Below, piece by piece: positions 30,805-42,076 of a stretch of 64,000 nucleotides of DNA. Under the pieces are notes generated by a model. It was not told the DNA's origin. It did not search any database and worked only from the letters and a program-made list of their open reading frames with translations. This DNA is from Eledone cirrhosa (lineage: Eukaryota). Both the position numbers and the translations under genes were made by a program. How positions within the stretch are numbered: the first letter of the stretch is position 1; every line of letters starts with the position of its first letter. The DNA is taken from the NCBI GenBank assembly GCA_964016885.1, contig OZ024740.1:94984001-95048000 (forward strand), in the 5' to 3' direction.

Positions 30805-33800
30805 ATGACCTCACTCAGAATAGGCAGCATAAATGCGCGTGGCTTGGGGTCGTCATGGAAGCAGGGCCACCTGCTCAACGACCTCAGGTCACTAAACATA
30901 GATGTAGTGGACATCAGCGAGACCAGAATCTCCGAAGCACGGGCCTTCGCACCAATCTTTGGCGGCTACGATGTGTACGCATCTCCCAGCCGTCCGGGAT
31001 CGGGGGAAGGAGTTGCTGTGCTTTTTCGGGGAGGTTTGGATCTTGTCATACGGGCCATCTTCCTGGACCCAGAAGGTAAGTTGATGGTGCTGGACGTGAC
31101 CAGCGGAGAGGGGCAAGCTTTCAGGTTAGTGGCCGTCTATGCCCCGACAGGAGCAGGGCGGCCTGATTACTTCCGGCGTCTGGAGAACTTTCTTGGAACG
31201 TCCCGCTCTTTAGTGTTAGTGGGTGACTGGAACGGGATCTTAGATGCACGCTGGGATTGTGTGGGATTAGTGGATAGGGAAGGAGGGTGCATGAGTCTCA
31301 CCAACCTGCCCAGGCGTTTTGAACTGTCTGAGCGGTACCGAATGGATTTCCCGAATGTACCAATGTGGACTTGGACAAATCGCATAGGGTCATCCAGATC
31401 ATAACTAGATATAGTATTTTGTGTGGAAATAGATAGGTCTAGCATAGGCTGTCCACAATTCAAGATAGTCAGCTACACGGACCACAAATTCATGATCTGT
31501 GTGCTTGACTTTGATAGGCTTGATAGACGAGGATCCGACTACTGGAAGCTAAACGCTTCCTTACCAGCGCGCCAGCCCTACAGAGACCGGATTAGCGAAC
31601 TAGTTAAGCGGGCGTTGACGGGGGCCATCGTCAACAACAAGTGGTGGTTTGCTCTGAAAAGAGCAATTAGAATAGAGTCCATTAGGTTTAGTAAGACTTT
31701 AGCAATAGAGAAAAATAGAGCAGAGGGAGAATTAGTTAGAAAGTTAGATGAGGTGCTTAGCAAAGGCATCGCAACCGACGTACTTGCGGCGAAATTGGCC
31801 CTTGACCAATTCTTCAATGCAAAGCACGAAGGCGGCGTTGTCATTGCTAGGGTGCGTGCTCTCAGACTCGAGGGGACGAAAGCCGTTCAATGGGCCCGAG
31901 TGGCGGAGGCGCGTCATGGCAACAAAGCCACGATCCGGTCTTTCGTGGACCACGACGGGCGCATGCTACTCGATCCCGGGCAAATGTGTGAAGCTTTTCA
32001 GCGACACTTCGCTCAACTGGTCGGGGCAGTGGCGGGCCGGATCGAGGGATGGACTTTAGTGTCTACCTCGACGGATTGCCGCGGCTTTCGGCCACTGAGG
32101 CGGAGTGTTGCGAAAAGCCGATAACAACCGCTGAACTACGGGATGCAATGACTAGTTGCTCAAGGGGTAAATCGCCTAGTTTGAATGGACTGCCCTATGA
32201 ACTTTACGTACAAATGCCAAACTTGTTCGGAGGCCTCTTGGCGGACGTCTACTGCAACTGGCAACAGAACGGGAGAATTCCCAGCTTTGTGAGCCGAGGG
32301 GCGGTGGCGCTGCTGAGAAAGGATCCGAACAAGGGGGATAACATAAATAATTTTAGGCCCATAACTCTGCTAAACACAGAGTTCAAGATTTTGGCCAAGG
32401 TGCTAGCAAAGAGGTTGCTGCTTATCGTTGGTGGTCTGCTGGGAGAGGCACAGACATGCGCCATTCCCGACAGATCCATCCAATACAACCTCCACCTCAT
32501 GCGATACATCGTAGAGAGGGTAGCTAGGTAACCTGGCACGGGTGGGTCTTTGATCAATTTAGATCAGTCGAAAGCCTTCGATAGGGTCGACCATCGTTAC
32601 CTATCGGCAGTCCTGTGGGCGGCTGGCTTTGGGCCCGTCTTCAGAAGCTGGATCGCTGCCATGCACAGCGACATCTGCTCTGTAGTGAGAGTGAACGGTC
32701 ACCTTTCGGAACCGTTCATCATCATGCGCTCGGTCCGCCAAGGATGTCCCCTCTCGTCCCTATTGTACGTATTGACTCTCGAGCCATTACTGCACAAACT
32801 GGAGACGTTGAGGGTGGTCCCGCGCGAACTAGGATGCGGAAGATATGTGTCAGCATATGCCGACGATGTCACCGTAGTGGTGTCGAACGCCAAACACATC
32901 GAGGCGATCGGCACTACACTAAGAGAATACGAAGCGGTGATAGGAGCAATGATCAACCAGGAAAAGTCAGTGGGCTTGCAGCTCGGCAGCTGGAGAGGCA
33001 GGTCCATGCCGTCCAACAGCGTCGTCGGGCGCTGGACGGACGGACCGGTTAAATTGCTAGGGGTCTGGTTCGGTGCAGACCTCCAGACGGACAAAAACTA
33101 GGTCGAGGTGACGAGCAGGGTGGCTTCTCTCACCCAGAAATGGGCCGAGAGGAAGCTATCCCTGAAAGGTCGAGCGGAGGTGGCGAATGCGTACATCGCA
33201 TCCGTCATCTACTACCGCCTGACCGTCGTACCTTGTCCTAAGCCCCGCCTGACTGCGCTGGAGCGTTTGCTCTTTCGCTTCTTGTGGAAGGGACGCGCTC
33301 CGATGGTCAGGCGGTCCATCTGCTGTCAACACCCGCTACGTGGAGGGCTGGGCATGCCGTGTCTGATGATGCGCAGACACGCGCTCAGGCTACGACATAT
33401 CCACCTCTTTCTCGACGGTGATCAGGTGTGGTCGCCGTTTGCTAGACAAGTTTTTCCCCAGCTGGTCTCCTTGACGGAGCTGCAGTCCTGGGTCAAGCGA
33501 AGACCGAGAGGGAGCGCTTGGAGACTGGAATGTCTTCAGGCGCTCACAGCCCTCGACCAATCGGGCAATGTGATCGGTGGAAACTCCACCTTGGCGTTCT
33601 ATATGGGATTAGTGGAGAAGAAGAGCGACCACGTACTTGGAGAAACTCTAGGCGTCGACGAAAATCAACTAGCCAATCTCTTCGGAAGGACTTTCGGGCC
33701 GGGGCCTATGGACAACTTCCAGAAATCCCTGGCCTGGCAGTGCTACCGGGGTGCTTTGCCAGTTCGGGATAAACTTTACAGGCATGGAGGTGCTGTCAGC

Positions 33801-34220
33801 CGGGCATGTCCGAGATGCGCACAGGGCGACGAAACCGTCCTGCACGCACTCGTCCAGTGTCCGAGCATTGTTGACTTGTGGGTTTATGTCGAACACCTGC
33901 TGTGACGTGTAGGACGGATCCAGCTATCAGCTGAGTCCATCGTGAGGATTGCCCCATCCTCTTCCTTTAGCCGGGAAGGGCAGGCAGTTTTTATCTGTCT
34001 GGTGGCCATGGCGAAAGAGATAGTATGGTGGACACTTTTGAAAGGGCTGAAGACGAGCATTTACCTCTTCGGTGATGCCCTGATTAACTTTTTCAAATTT
34101 CATCTGAAAAGAAAAATCAGGGTAGTGAGGGAAGTGCTCTCTTCCCAGCATTTTGTTAAAAGATGGGTGAGAGAAGCAAGTATGGCCCGAATGAATGGGC
34201 CTTCTCTGAGTATGTGTCAG
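30805..34220 (+). pseudogene. ORF2 APE endonuclease-RT-zinc knuckle, disrupted
   Basis: Near-identical to 42077-45496, with stops and frameshifts (for example 31404, 32531, 33101, 33905). Confidence 0.93.
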
Positions 34221-34503
34221 TACATTAAAGGTGGAAAACTGGGAGAGGGCACTTTCCCTGGTGGTCAGGGCCACTGTGGTCTTTTAATGGGCTTTCTCCA
34301 CAAATGTCCCTCGGAAGTCTCCCCCCTATTGGGGAATTTTTCTTTGTTATTTTATTTCATTCTCTGTTTTTTTTTACACGCAGACATGCCCATTTGTACC
34401 GTCCTGTATTGTCATGTACTGTCCTTAATGTCTACTTTATGTAAACCCTTGTGGTTAATAAAGAAAGCATTATTATTATTATTATTATTATTGTTATTGT
34501 TAT

Positions 34504-35830
34504 TCCTTGAATCTCAGTCATTGATGTTGGTTAACTGGAAAGTCCGTTGGATTGAATATCAAGCCACTACCTGCAGCCTCAGATATTCAGGACGTATCGG
34601 AGGGTTTTTGCCGTTCCAAGCAAGCATGCCTTTTGAAGCGTTCCAAAAAGCGTGAAGGGGCCGATTTTCTTTAACCATCCCTGGAAACCTTTGGAGATAG
34701 TCCCCAGTGCGCCTATGACAATCGGGATCACTTTGACTTCATGGCAGTTCCAAATCCTTTTCACCTCCCACTTTAGGTCCTGGTATCGGTTAATTTTCTC
34801 CCTCTCCTTCTCTTGCACTCTCGTGTCGAACGGGCAGGCCACATCCACAATCAAGCACGATCTTTTTTCTTTGTCCACAACCACCAGGTCAGGTCTATTG
34901 TGTTCCAGTTTTTTGTCCGTCTGTATCCTAAAATCCCACAGCACCTTCACCTGACTGTCCTCCATCACCGCCTCTGGCCTATGCTCATACCATTTCTCAG
35001 AATGTGGTAGATTGTTTACTTTGCACAGGTGCCAGTGGATTACCCTGCCCATCACATCGTGTCTCCAGCCCTTATAGTGGGTCTGGGCTAGGTGTTTACA
35101 CTCGGACACAATGTGAGCCACAGTCTCCTCTCTCTCTCCACAGATCCTGCACAGTGGGCTAGCCTCCTCCTTGTAGATATGGTGCTTCAACCACTTCGTT
35201 TTGAGGGCCTGCTCCTGCGCAGCCATTAGCATTCCTTCTGTAGCCTTTTTGAGGTCTCCTCTTCTCAACCAGTTCCATGTCTGTGGATCTCTAAATTCAG
35301 TTTTCTCAAAGAAGGTACTATGAAGGGATTTTCCCTTAAGGCTGCTCTTCCTCCTTGATGTTATTTCCTCCTTGGATATCCCCTGGCCTACTGTCCCCTC
35401 CTTCAGTACAGCTCTGAGCATTGGCTCCTTACTATAGGTCACGTATTTGTATAGGTTGTTTTTCTCCATCTGAACACAGTCCTCTATGCTGATAAGACCT
35501 CTTCCACCCTCAGATCTCCTTAGGTAGAGTCTATCGACATCACTCCTCTTGTGGAACATGTTGTAGATAGTCAATAGCTTCCTAGTCTTCCTATCCATTT
35601 CTTTTTGTTCAGCAACATTCCATCTCAGAATTCCCGCACTGTACCTAATAATAGACACAGCTCGGGAATTTACTGCGCTTATGGCATTTCTGCTGTTCAG
35701 ATGTGACTTCAATACGCTCCTTACTCTTCGAATGTATTCAGTTCTTAACAATTCCTTCATTTTTTTGTTCTTTATGCCATCAGCCTCCAGAACGCCCAAA
35801 TACTTGTATCCTTCCTCAGAGTCAATTTCC
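34504..35830 (-). mobile_element. R4/Dong-like family B copy 1, 5'-truncated (RT end, CCHC and RLE in an open frame 34579-35829)
   Basis: CRICGEREETVAHIVSEC, RHD, WDFRIQTD, NRPDLVVVD, PIVIGALG. (TTA)n lies on both sides. Confidence 0.92.
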
Positions 35831-35833
35831 TTA

Positions 35834-35886
<53 letters not shown>

Positions 35887-35887
35887 G

Positions 35888-38800
35888 TTTTTTGAGTCTC
35901 AGCCATTGATGTTAGTTATCTGGAAAGTTTGTTGAAATGAATATCAAGCCACTACCTGCATCATTAGATATTCAGTACGTATCTGAAGCTTCTTGCTGTT
36001 CCAGAGCAAGCATGCCTTTTGAAGCGTTCCAAAAAGCGTGAATGGGCCAATTTTCTTTAACCATCCCTGGAAACTTTTTGAGATAGTACCTAGTGCGCCT
36101 ATGACAATCGGGATCACTTTGACTTTATGGCAGTTCCAAATCCTTTTTATCTCCTACTTTAAGTCCTGGTATCGGTTAATTTTCTCCCTCTCCTTCTCTT
36201 GCACTCTCGTGTCGAATGGGCAGGCCTCATCCACAATAAGCCACGATCTTTTTTCTTTGTCCAAAAGCACCATGTCAGGTCTATTGTGTTCCAGTTTCTT
36301 GTCCGTCTGTATACTAAAATCCCACAGCACCTTCACCTGATCGTTTTCTATCACCGACTCTGCCTTATCCTCATACCACTTCTCAGAATGTGGTAAATTG
36401 TTTACTTTGCATAGGTGCCAGTGGATCACCCTGCCCATCACATCATGTCTCCAGCCCTTATAGTGAGTCTGGGCTAGGTGTTTACACTCGGATACAATGT
36501 GAGACACAGTCTCCTCTCTCTCTCCACAGATCCTGCACAGTGGGCTAGCCTCCTCCTTGTAAATATGGTGTTTCAATCCTTCGTTTTGAGGGCTTGCTCT
36601 TGCGCAGCCATTAACATTCCTTCTGTAGCCTTTTTAAGGTCTCCTCTTTTCAACCAGTTACATGTCTGTGGATCTCTGAATTCAGTTTTCTCAAAGAAGG
36701 TATTATGAAGGGATTTTTCATGAAGTCTGCTCTTTCTGCTTGTTGTTATTTCCTCCTTGGACATCCCCTGCTCTATTGTCCTGTCCATCAGTACAGTTCT
36801 GAGCATTGGCTCCTTACTATCAGTCACGTATCTGTGTAGGTTGTTTTTCTCCATCTTAACATAGTTCTCTTTGCTGATAAGACCTCTTCCACCATCAGAT
36901 CTCCTTAAGTATAGTCTATCGACATCACTCCTCTTGTGTAACATATTGTAGATATTCAATAGCTTCCTAGTCTTCCTATCCATTTCTTTTTGTTCAGCAA
37001 CATTCCATCTCAGAATTCCCGCACTGTACCTAATAATAGACACAGCTCGGGAATTTACTGCACTTATGGCATTCCTACTGTTCAGATGTGACTTTAATAC
37101 GCTCCTACTCTCCGAATGTATTCAGATCATATCAATTCCTTTATTTTTTGTTCTTGATGTCATCAGCATCCAGAACACCCAAATACTGTTATTCTTCTTC
37201 AGTGTCAATTTCCTGTATCATCTCACCTGTAGGTACCTGGATTCCGTTGCTTCTGCTCAATTTACCCCTTTTCATCACAAGGACTCCACATTTACTAATA
37301 CCAAATTGCATACATATATCTTTGGTGAAAATACGAACAGTGTCAACAAGCACGTCCAACTCCTTCTCACTCTTCCCGAAGAGCTTAAGTTCGACCATGA
37401 AGAGGAGGTGATTGATGGTAAGCTCTCCCTTTCCCAACATGTATCCTGCTCTCACTCTTCGCAGTATAATGGCCAGGGGCATCAGGGCAAGGACAAACAA
37501 CATAAGGCACAGACTATGTCCCTGGAAAATAGCTCTCTTGATCTTCACGCCTACAAAGGATTCTCCAGATGATTTTAACTCTGTTTTCCAGGACTTCATA
37601 CTTTTGCCCAACAACTGTCTTTTGTTATCTGCCACCTTGAAGATCTCTAAGCTTTTGGTGATCCAAAATGAGGGACCATGTCAAATGGCTTTTTGTAGTC
37701 TATCCATCCCATGGCAAGACCAGTGTGTCTCCTCTTGCAATTCCTCATTACCATCTTATCGATAAGTAACTGGTCCTTTGTACTACAGGACTTCTTTCGG
37801 CATTCTTTCTGTTCGTCCGGTAACATGTTGTTTGTGTGGAGGTGATGGTAGATTTCCTCAGACATAATGCTTGTCAACAGTTTCCACATTACGGACAGAT
37901 ATGTGATAGGTCTATAGTTGGTAACATCATTACCCTTCATTCGGTCTTTTATTATCAGAACTGTGGTATCTTTTGTCAACCACTCTGGTACCTCACCTGA
38001 CATCAAGCAGTCATTGAACATGGTTGTCAGTTTCGGGTGGAGGGATGTTATGTTTTTAATCCAATACTCCTGCACACCATCTGGGCCAGTTGATTTCAAG
38101 TTGGTTAGTTTTATGGCCTGCCCCTTAAGAGTTTCAACTGTGATACTCAAATCAGTTTGTTGGCGTGCCTGCTCACTGATCTCCTTCTGTACTGTCTCAA
38201 TCCACACTGCCTGGTCATTATGTTTAACATCTTGCTCCCATATTCCTCTCCAGAATGTTTCAGTTTGTTCCGCCTCAGGGATCAAATCGTTGCCTCTTTC
38301 TTTCCCTTCAAGCCGTCCAAACAGCATCTTCTTGTTGTTGTCGAACATGCGGTTCTATCTATACTGGCCGACTCTGTCCTCGTATCGACTGATTTTTGCA
38401 CTCTTTGTTACAATGCGTTGCTTCAGTTCCTCTATGATAATAACTAGCTTTTTGCTCCTAGTTTTGTACTTTATTTCCAGTTTATTTTTAGTGTCTATGG
38501 TTTTTAGTGTCCCATTCAGTAGGGACTCAAGCTTTCCAATGTCATTTCTAATTCCCCTGATTTGTCCGCTCAGTCGTTTCTTCCACCAAGGCTCTGATCT
38601 TTCTTGTCTGTTGCTTCCTCTCGCTTTTATACCAAGTAGTTTCCTCACCGTATTTGCTGTTGCTTTTGAGGATATTGTTGCACTGGTGAAGGCTCCTCGC
38701 CTAAAGGTATGGGATGACTTTGTTTACCTTAGCTGTTGTTTCTTTTCACTTTTTCCTGTCTACAAATCTAAGGTGCATAGGTCTCCCACTATCATTGTTC

Positions 38801-39705
38801 AATTCATCTACCACCAAGTTTAGGATATCTACCAAATCTTGTCCTAGCCCGTCAGCATTCATCTCCTCAGTGGCCGTATCTCTGTTCCAGGTATTATTTA
38901 TCTCAGTATTCAGATCATTGTCTGCTTCGGGTGGTTCCTCCGTTCTCAGGACCTCTTCACCTTCATTTCCCACTGGCTCGTTTGCCTGGCATACTCCAGC
39001 CTCCATCTCCAAGCTAATCTCTCTGCCCAGTTCCTCCAGGTCCAGCTCGCTTATCCCCCCCATTAGTTCTTATTACCCGAGCCTGCCCGGCCAGTTTTGC
39101 TCATCTAATTTAAATGGACCAAATTCGTTCCAGATGTTATGCATCCTTTTCCTATAGCCTTTCTCCTTGGGGTTACTCTTCAGGTAACATTGCATAACAG
39201 TTCTATTCAATTCTTTCGTCCAGTTGGTTCTGGTCCTTTTCCTTCTTCTTCTTCCTCCGACACCAGCAGTATTTTGTTGACAGCCAGGTCCCTGCTGCTG
39301 AGCCAGGGAGCACCTTTTGGGTGAGAGTCTGTCACATGACAATCTAGTCTCCATTTCACCGTTATTCGAACTGTTTAGTTTCGACATTTAAACACTCTTA
39401 TCGAAGATTGGCGAATGTATGGCTACATAACCACCGGTGAATTACTTGTCTCCGGTGGTTTCGTCATTCCACGTTACATTTGTGTGGCATTATCACGCTG
39501 TAGGCGAAACCAAACAAACAAACAAACAAACAAACAGGCAGAAAAACCCCCAAAAATGAATAAGCATATGTTTCATTGTGATGTAGTGTTTGAATGCCTG
39601 ACTTAGTTTTTCCCTTCCATTCTCTGTCCGTCCGTTTGTTTTTCTCTTCATTTTTATTTCCGTTACATATTTCGTTGTTGCTGTGCTGCTTTTATTTTTG
39701 TTTTT
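35888..39705 (-). mobile_element. R4/Dong-like family B copy 2, near full length, degenerate
   Basis: N-terminal Myb-like WTKELNRTVMQCY..GYRKRM..IW, RT with decayed motifs (QGHSL, FMVELK), CCHC and RLE. Confidence 0.9.
35964..39387 (-). pseudogene. Single long ORF (Myb-like, RT, CCHC, RLE) broken by stops and frameshifts
   Basis: ORF track fragments 39073-39387, 38355-38648, 37647-38348, 37189-37635, 36573-37043 and 36154-36576. Confidence 0.88.
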
Positions 39706-39706
39706 T

Positions 39707-39749
<43 letters not shown>

Positions 39750-39850
39750 GAATGCCATGGTTGACGGAGGCTCGGCTCTGTAAGGTATAGTAATTTTTAA
39801 CCGTTAAAACAATTGTAAATTGTTTAAAACTTGAACCAAATTGTTGATAA

Positions 39851-39943
39851 AGACACCCTCCTCCTCGTGAGAGGGGTCTTTCTGTCCGTTATTTGGCCCT
39901 TCGGGGTTAAATAACCAGTTATTGGGGTTTTGTACCCAAAATT
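39851..39943 (+). promoter_or_regulatory. Structured 5'UTR hairpins upstream of ORF1
   Basis: 12-bp stem gttatttggccc-TTCG-gggttaaataac, plus a ttggg..cccaa hairpin shared by the other copies. Confidence 0.5.
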
Positions 39944-39962
39944 TCATTTTAAACAAAAAAAC

Positions 39963-42041
39963 ATGGCTACCAAAAAGAAATTTCATACGTCACTCCCACT
40001 CATTCCGTCTTCTTCTTCCTCAATCATCACTACAGCAGAGAGAAGATTGTCTCTCTCCCTCCCTTCTTTAAATGTGTCTCTCTCCCTCCCTTCTCTTTCG
40101 CAAGCGACGAAAGAAAAGAAAAGTCTCGTGCAAAGCCTGCAAGGTTTCTCCACGACGACGACGACAGCGACGAAACAGGTGTGCGGGAAATACGAAAACC
40201 CAGTTCATTCGTCTGACGTCAGGAATAATAGCAGTAGCAGCCGTAATAACAACAGCAACAGTGACAATGAAAACAACAGTAGCAGCCGCAACAGCATCAC
40301 CAGCAACATAAACAACAACAGCATTAGCAGCAGCAACACCAACAACAACCACAGCAACAGCGGCGGAGGCAGTAGTCGTAGTACCTGCAGCAACAACAAA
40401 AGTACCAGCAGCTCTGACGACAACAACAACAGCAGAGAAAAACCAATCTCATTTGCAGGTATTGCGAAAAACTTGGAAACAATCCTCATAACAAATGAGG
40501 AATTAGAGGAAGCGAAGAAGATGGTGACAAAGAACGGACACCGAGCAATCTGCAAGGCAGCGGAAAAGTTTTTCGAGACCCAAGAGCACTGTACGGTCAC
40601 GTACCGTACAGTAAGTACAAAATCCCGTAGGGTGGAAAGAGCCACAGAGGCCCAAATACAAAAAGCCTTGGGGTCTGTGTGGCAGCGGAAAACGCACATC
40701 ACCCGAGGCAAAAAATATGCCACCATAGACGTACTTTTTGCCACACCCCAGGAGGCAAAGGCCCAATCAGTAGTGACCCTAAGGAGCGAGGAAATGGTGT
40801 TGGTGCCCTCCTACTGCGGGCAAAAAATTGTGAGGGTCAAACTGACCCACGTCCCACCCGGAATGACCCCTTCTTGGCTGGCCGCGTCTGTCCTCGTCGG
40901 AATCGAGGACAAAACAACTGTACTGCAAGTACAGAAAAAAGTAAGAGAAGATTGGGTCGGCTCATCCATTGAGATGCTAATCCAAACCAACCAGGAGTGC
41001 ATCGAAGCTATCCCGGATGTGATAGACTTCGATAACGGCATTCAACTGCCCATAAGTGTTGAGGGCAAACGCCCGAAATGCTTTCGCTGTGGATCGAAGA
41101 CTCACCTCAGGGCCTTCTGCAACGAGAAGACCCTGAGAAAGGAGAAAACCCCCCTCCTTCCGAATCCGGCTCCACGGCTACCAGCAACAGGACAAGCGGC
41201 AACCAGGAACGATAGGTCCGTGGCACCCATACCCACTCCACGGAAATCAAAAACAGCAGCAGCAGTGGAAATATTAACAACAACAACAGCAATACCAAAT
41301 GCAGCTGCAACAGAGACTCCAGTGCAAACATCACCAACAACAAGTGAAAGAGTGGAGCTGGTACCCCTCCCCGACCTCACAGAATCAGACATGGAGTGTG
41401 AGGTGGGAGAGGGATGGCAAAAGGTCGTAAGAAGGCACAAACGCAGAAGCAGCGCATCGTCGCCTTTGAAAAGGGAGGAAAGAAATGAGAAAAGAGTAAA
41501 GTCTACTGCAAAGAGACCCACAGCAGCAACAACACCAACACCATCACCACCCACACTAGCACCACCATCACCACCGCCAACAACACCTTTAACACCACCA
41601 CCACAAGCACCAACATCGCAAACACAACAACAAAACACACACACCCAGCAACAACGACAAGAAAATAGCAGAACCACACCCCACCCCCAGAAAAACAAAT
41701 GCACGGCAATAAACACACACAACAAGAAACTAATGACTTACATAATTGAACACACAGACATTTCACAACAGGACTACATAATACCAGCACCAATCAAAAC
41801 TCCAACTAACATAAGACTGCTAAAAATAGCACAGAAACAATACACAAACATTAAAACGAAATTCCCCAACGCAGTTGGTGATTTCAGGGACCTAGGAGGA
41901 ACCATCAATCGAAGAGTATACTCAGACATTCTCTTAGAAGAGCCGACGACCAGCCGAAGGGACGATTCAACGGTCCCTTCACCAGACGATCAAGTGAAAA
42001 GGGATGTAAAAACCATCCCTCCTCTACCAAAAGTACGGTAA
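39963..42041 (+). CDS. ORF1 nucleic-acid-binding protein (692 aa from ATG 39963) with CX2CX4HX4C knuckle and low-complexity N/S- and P/T-rich linkers
   Basis: Open frame with CFRCGSKTHLRAFC. The ATGGC start position is conserved in the other copies. Confidence 0.88.
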   Translation: MATKKKFHTSLPLIPSSSSSIITTAERRLSLSLPSLNVSLSLPSLSQATKEKKSLVQSLQGFSTTTTTATKQVCGKYENPVHSSDVRNNSSSSRNNNSNSDNENNSSSRNSITSNINNNSISSSNTNNNHSNSGGGSSRSTCSNNKSTSSSDDNNNSREKPISFAGIAKNLETILITNEELEEAKKMVTKNGHRAICKAAEKFFETQEHCTVTYRTVSTKSRRVERATEAQIQKALGSVWQRKTHITRGKKYATIDVLFATPQEAKAQSVVTLRSEEMVLVPSYCGQKIVRVKLTHVPPGMTPSWLAASVLVGIEDKTTVLQVQKKVREDWVGSSIEMLIQTNQECIEAIPDVIDFDNGIQLPISVEGKRPKCFRCGSKTHLRAFCNEKTLRKEKTPLLPNPAPRLPATGQAATRNDRSVAPIPTPRKSKTAAAVEILTTTTAIPNAAATETPVQTSPTTSERVELVPLPDLTESDMECEVGEGWQKVVRRHKRRSSASSPLKREERNEKRVKSTAKRPTAATTPTPSPPTLAPPSPPPTTPLTPPPQAPTSQTQQQNTHTQQQRQENSRTTPHPQKNKCTAINTHNKKLMTYIIEHTDISQQDYIIPAPIKTPTNIRLLKIAQKQYTNIKTKFPNAVGDFRDLGGTINRRVYSDILLEEPTTSRRDDSTVPSPDDQVKRDVKTIPPLPKVR

Positions 42042-42076
42042 GTGGTCTTTCCCATCTTTTCCACTCTATTTTAAAC

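Larger units (their letters stand above)
28364..34468 (+). mobile_element. Tx1/L1-like non-LTR retrotransposon copy 1, full length but disrupted
   Basis: 5'UTR, ORF1, ORF2 fragments and a 3'UTR with AATAAA followed by (TTA)n. Confidence 0.93.

Noticed and set aside
37918-38823. 301-aa plus-strand ORF and other long antisense ORFs in the array
   Set aside because: These are shadow frames opposite retrotransposon coding strands
39851-39880. ctcctcgtgag resembling an HDV ribozyme P3/L3
   Set aside because: No compatible P1/P2/J4-2 was found, and it folds more simply as a hairpin
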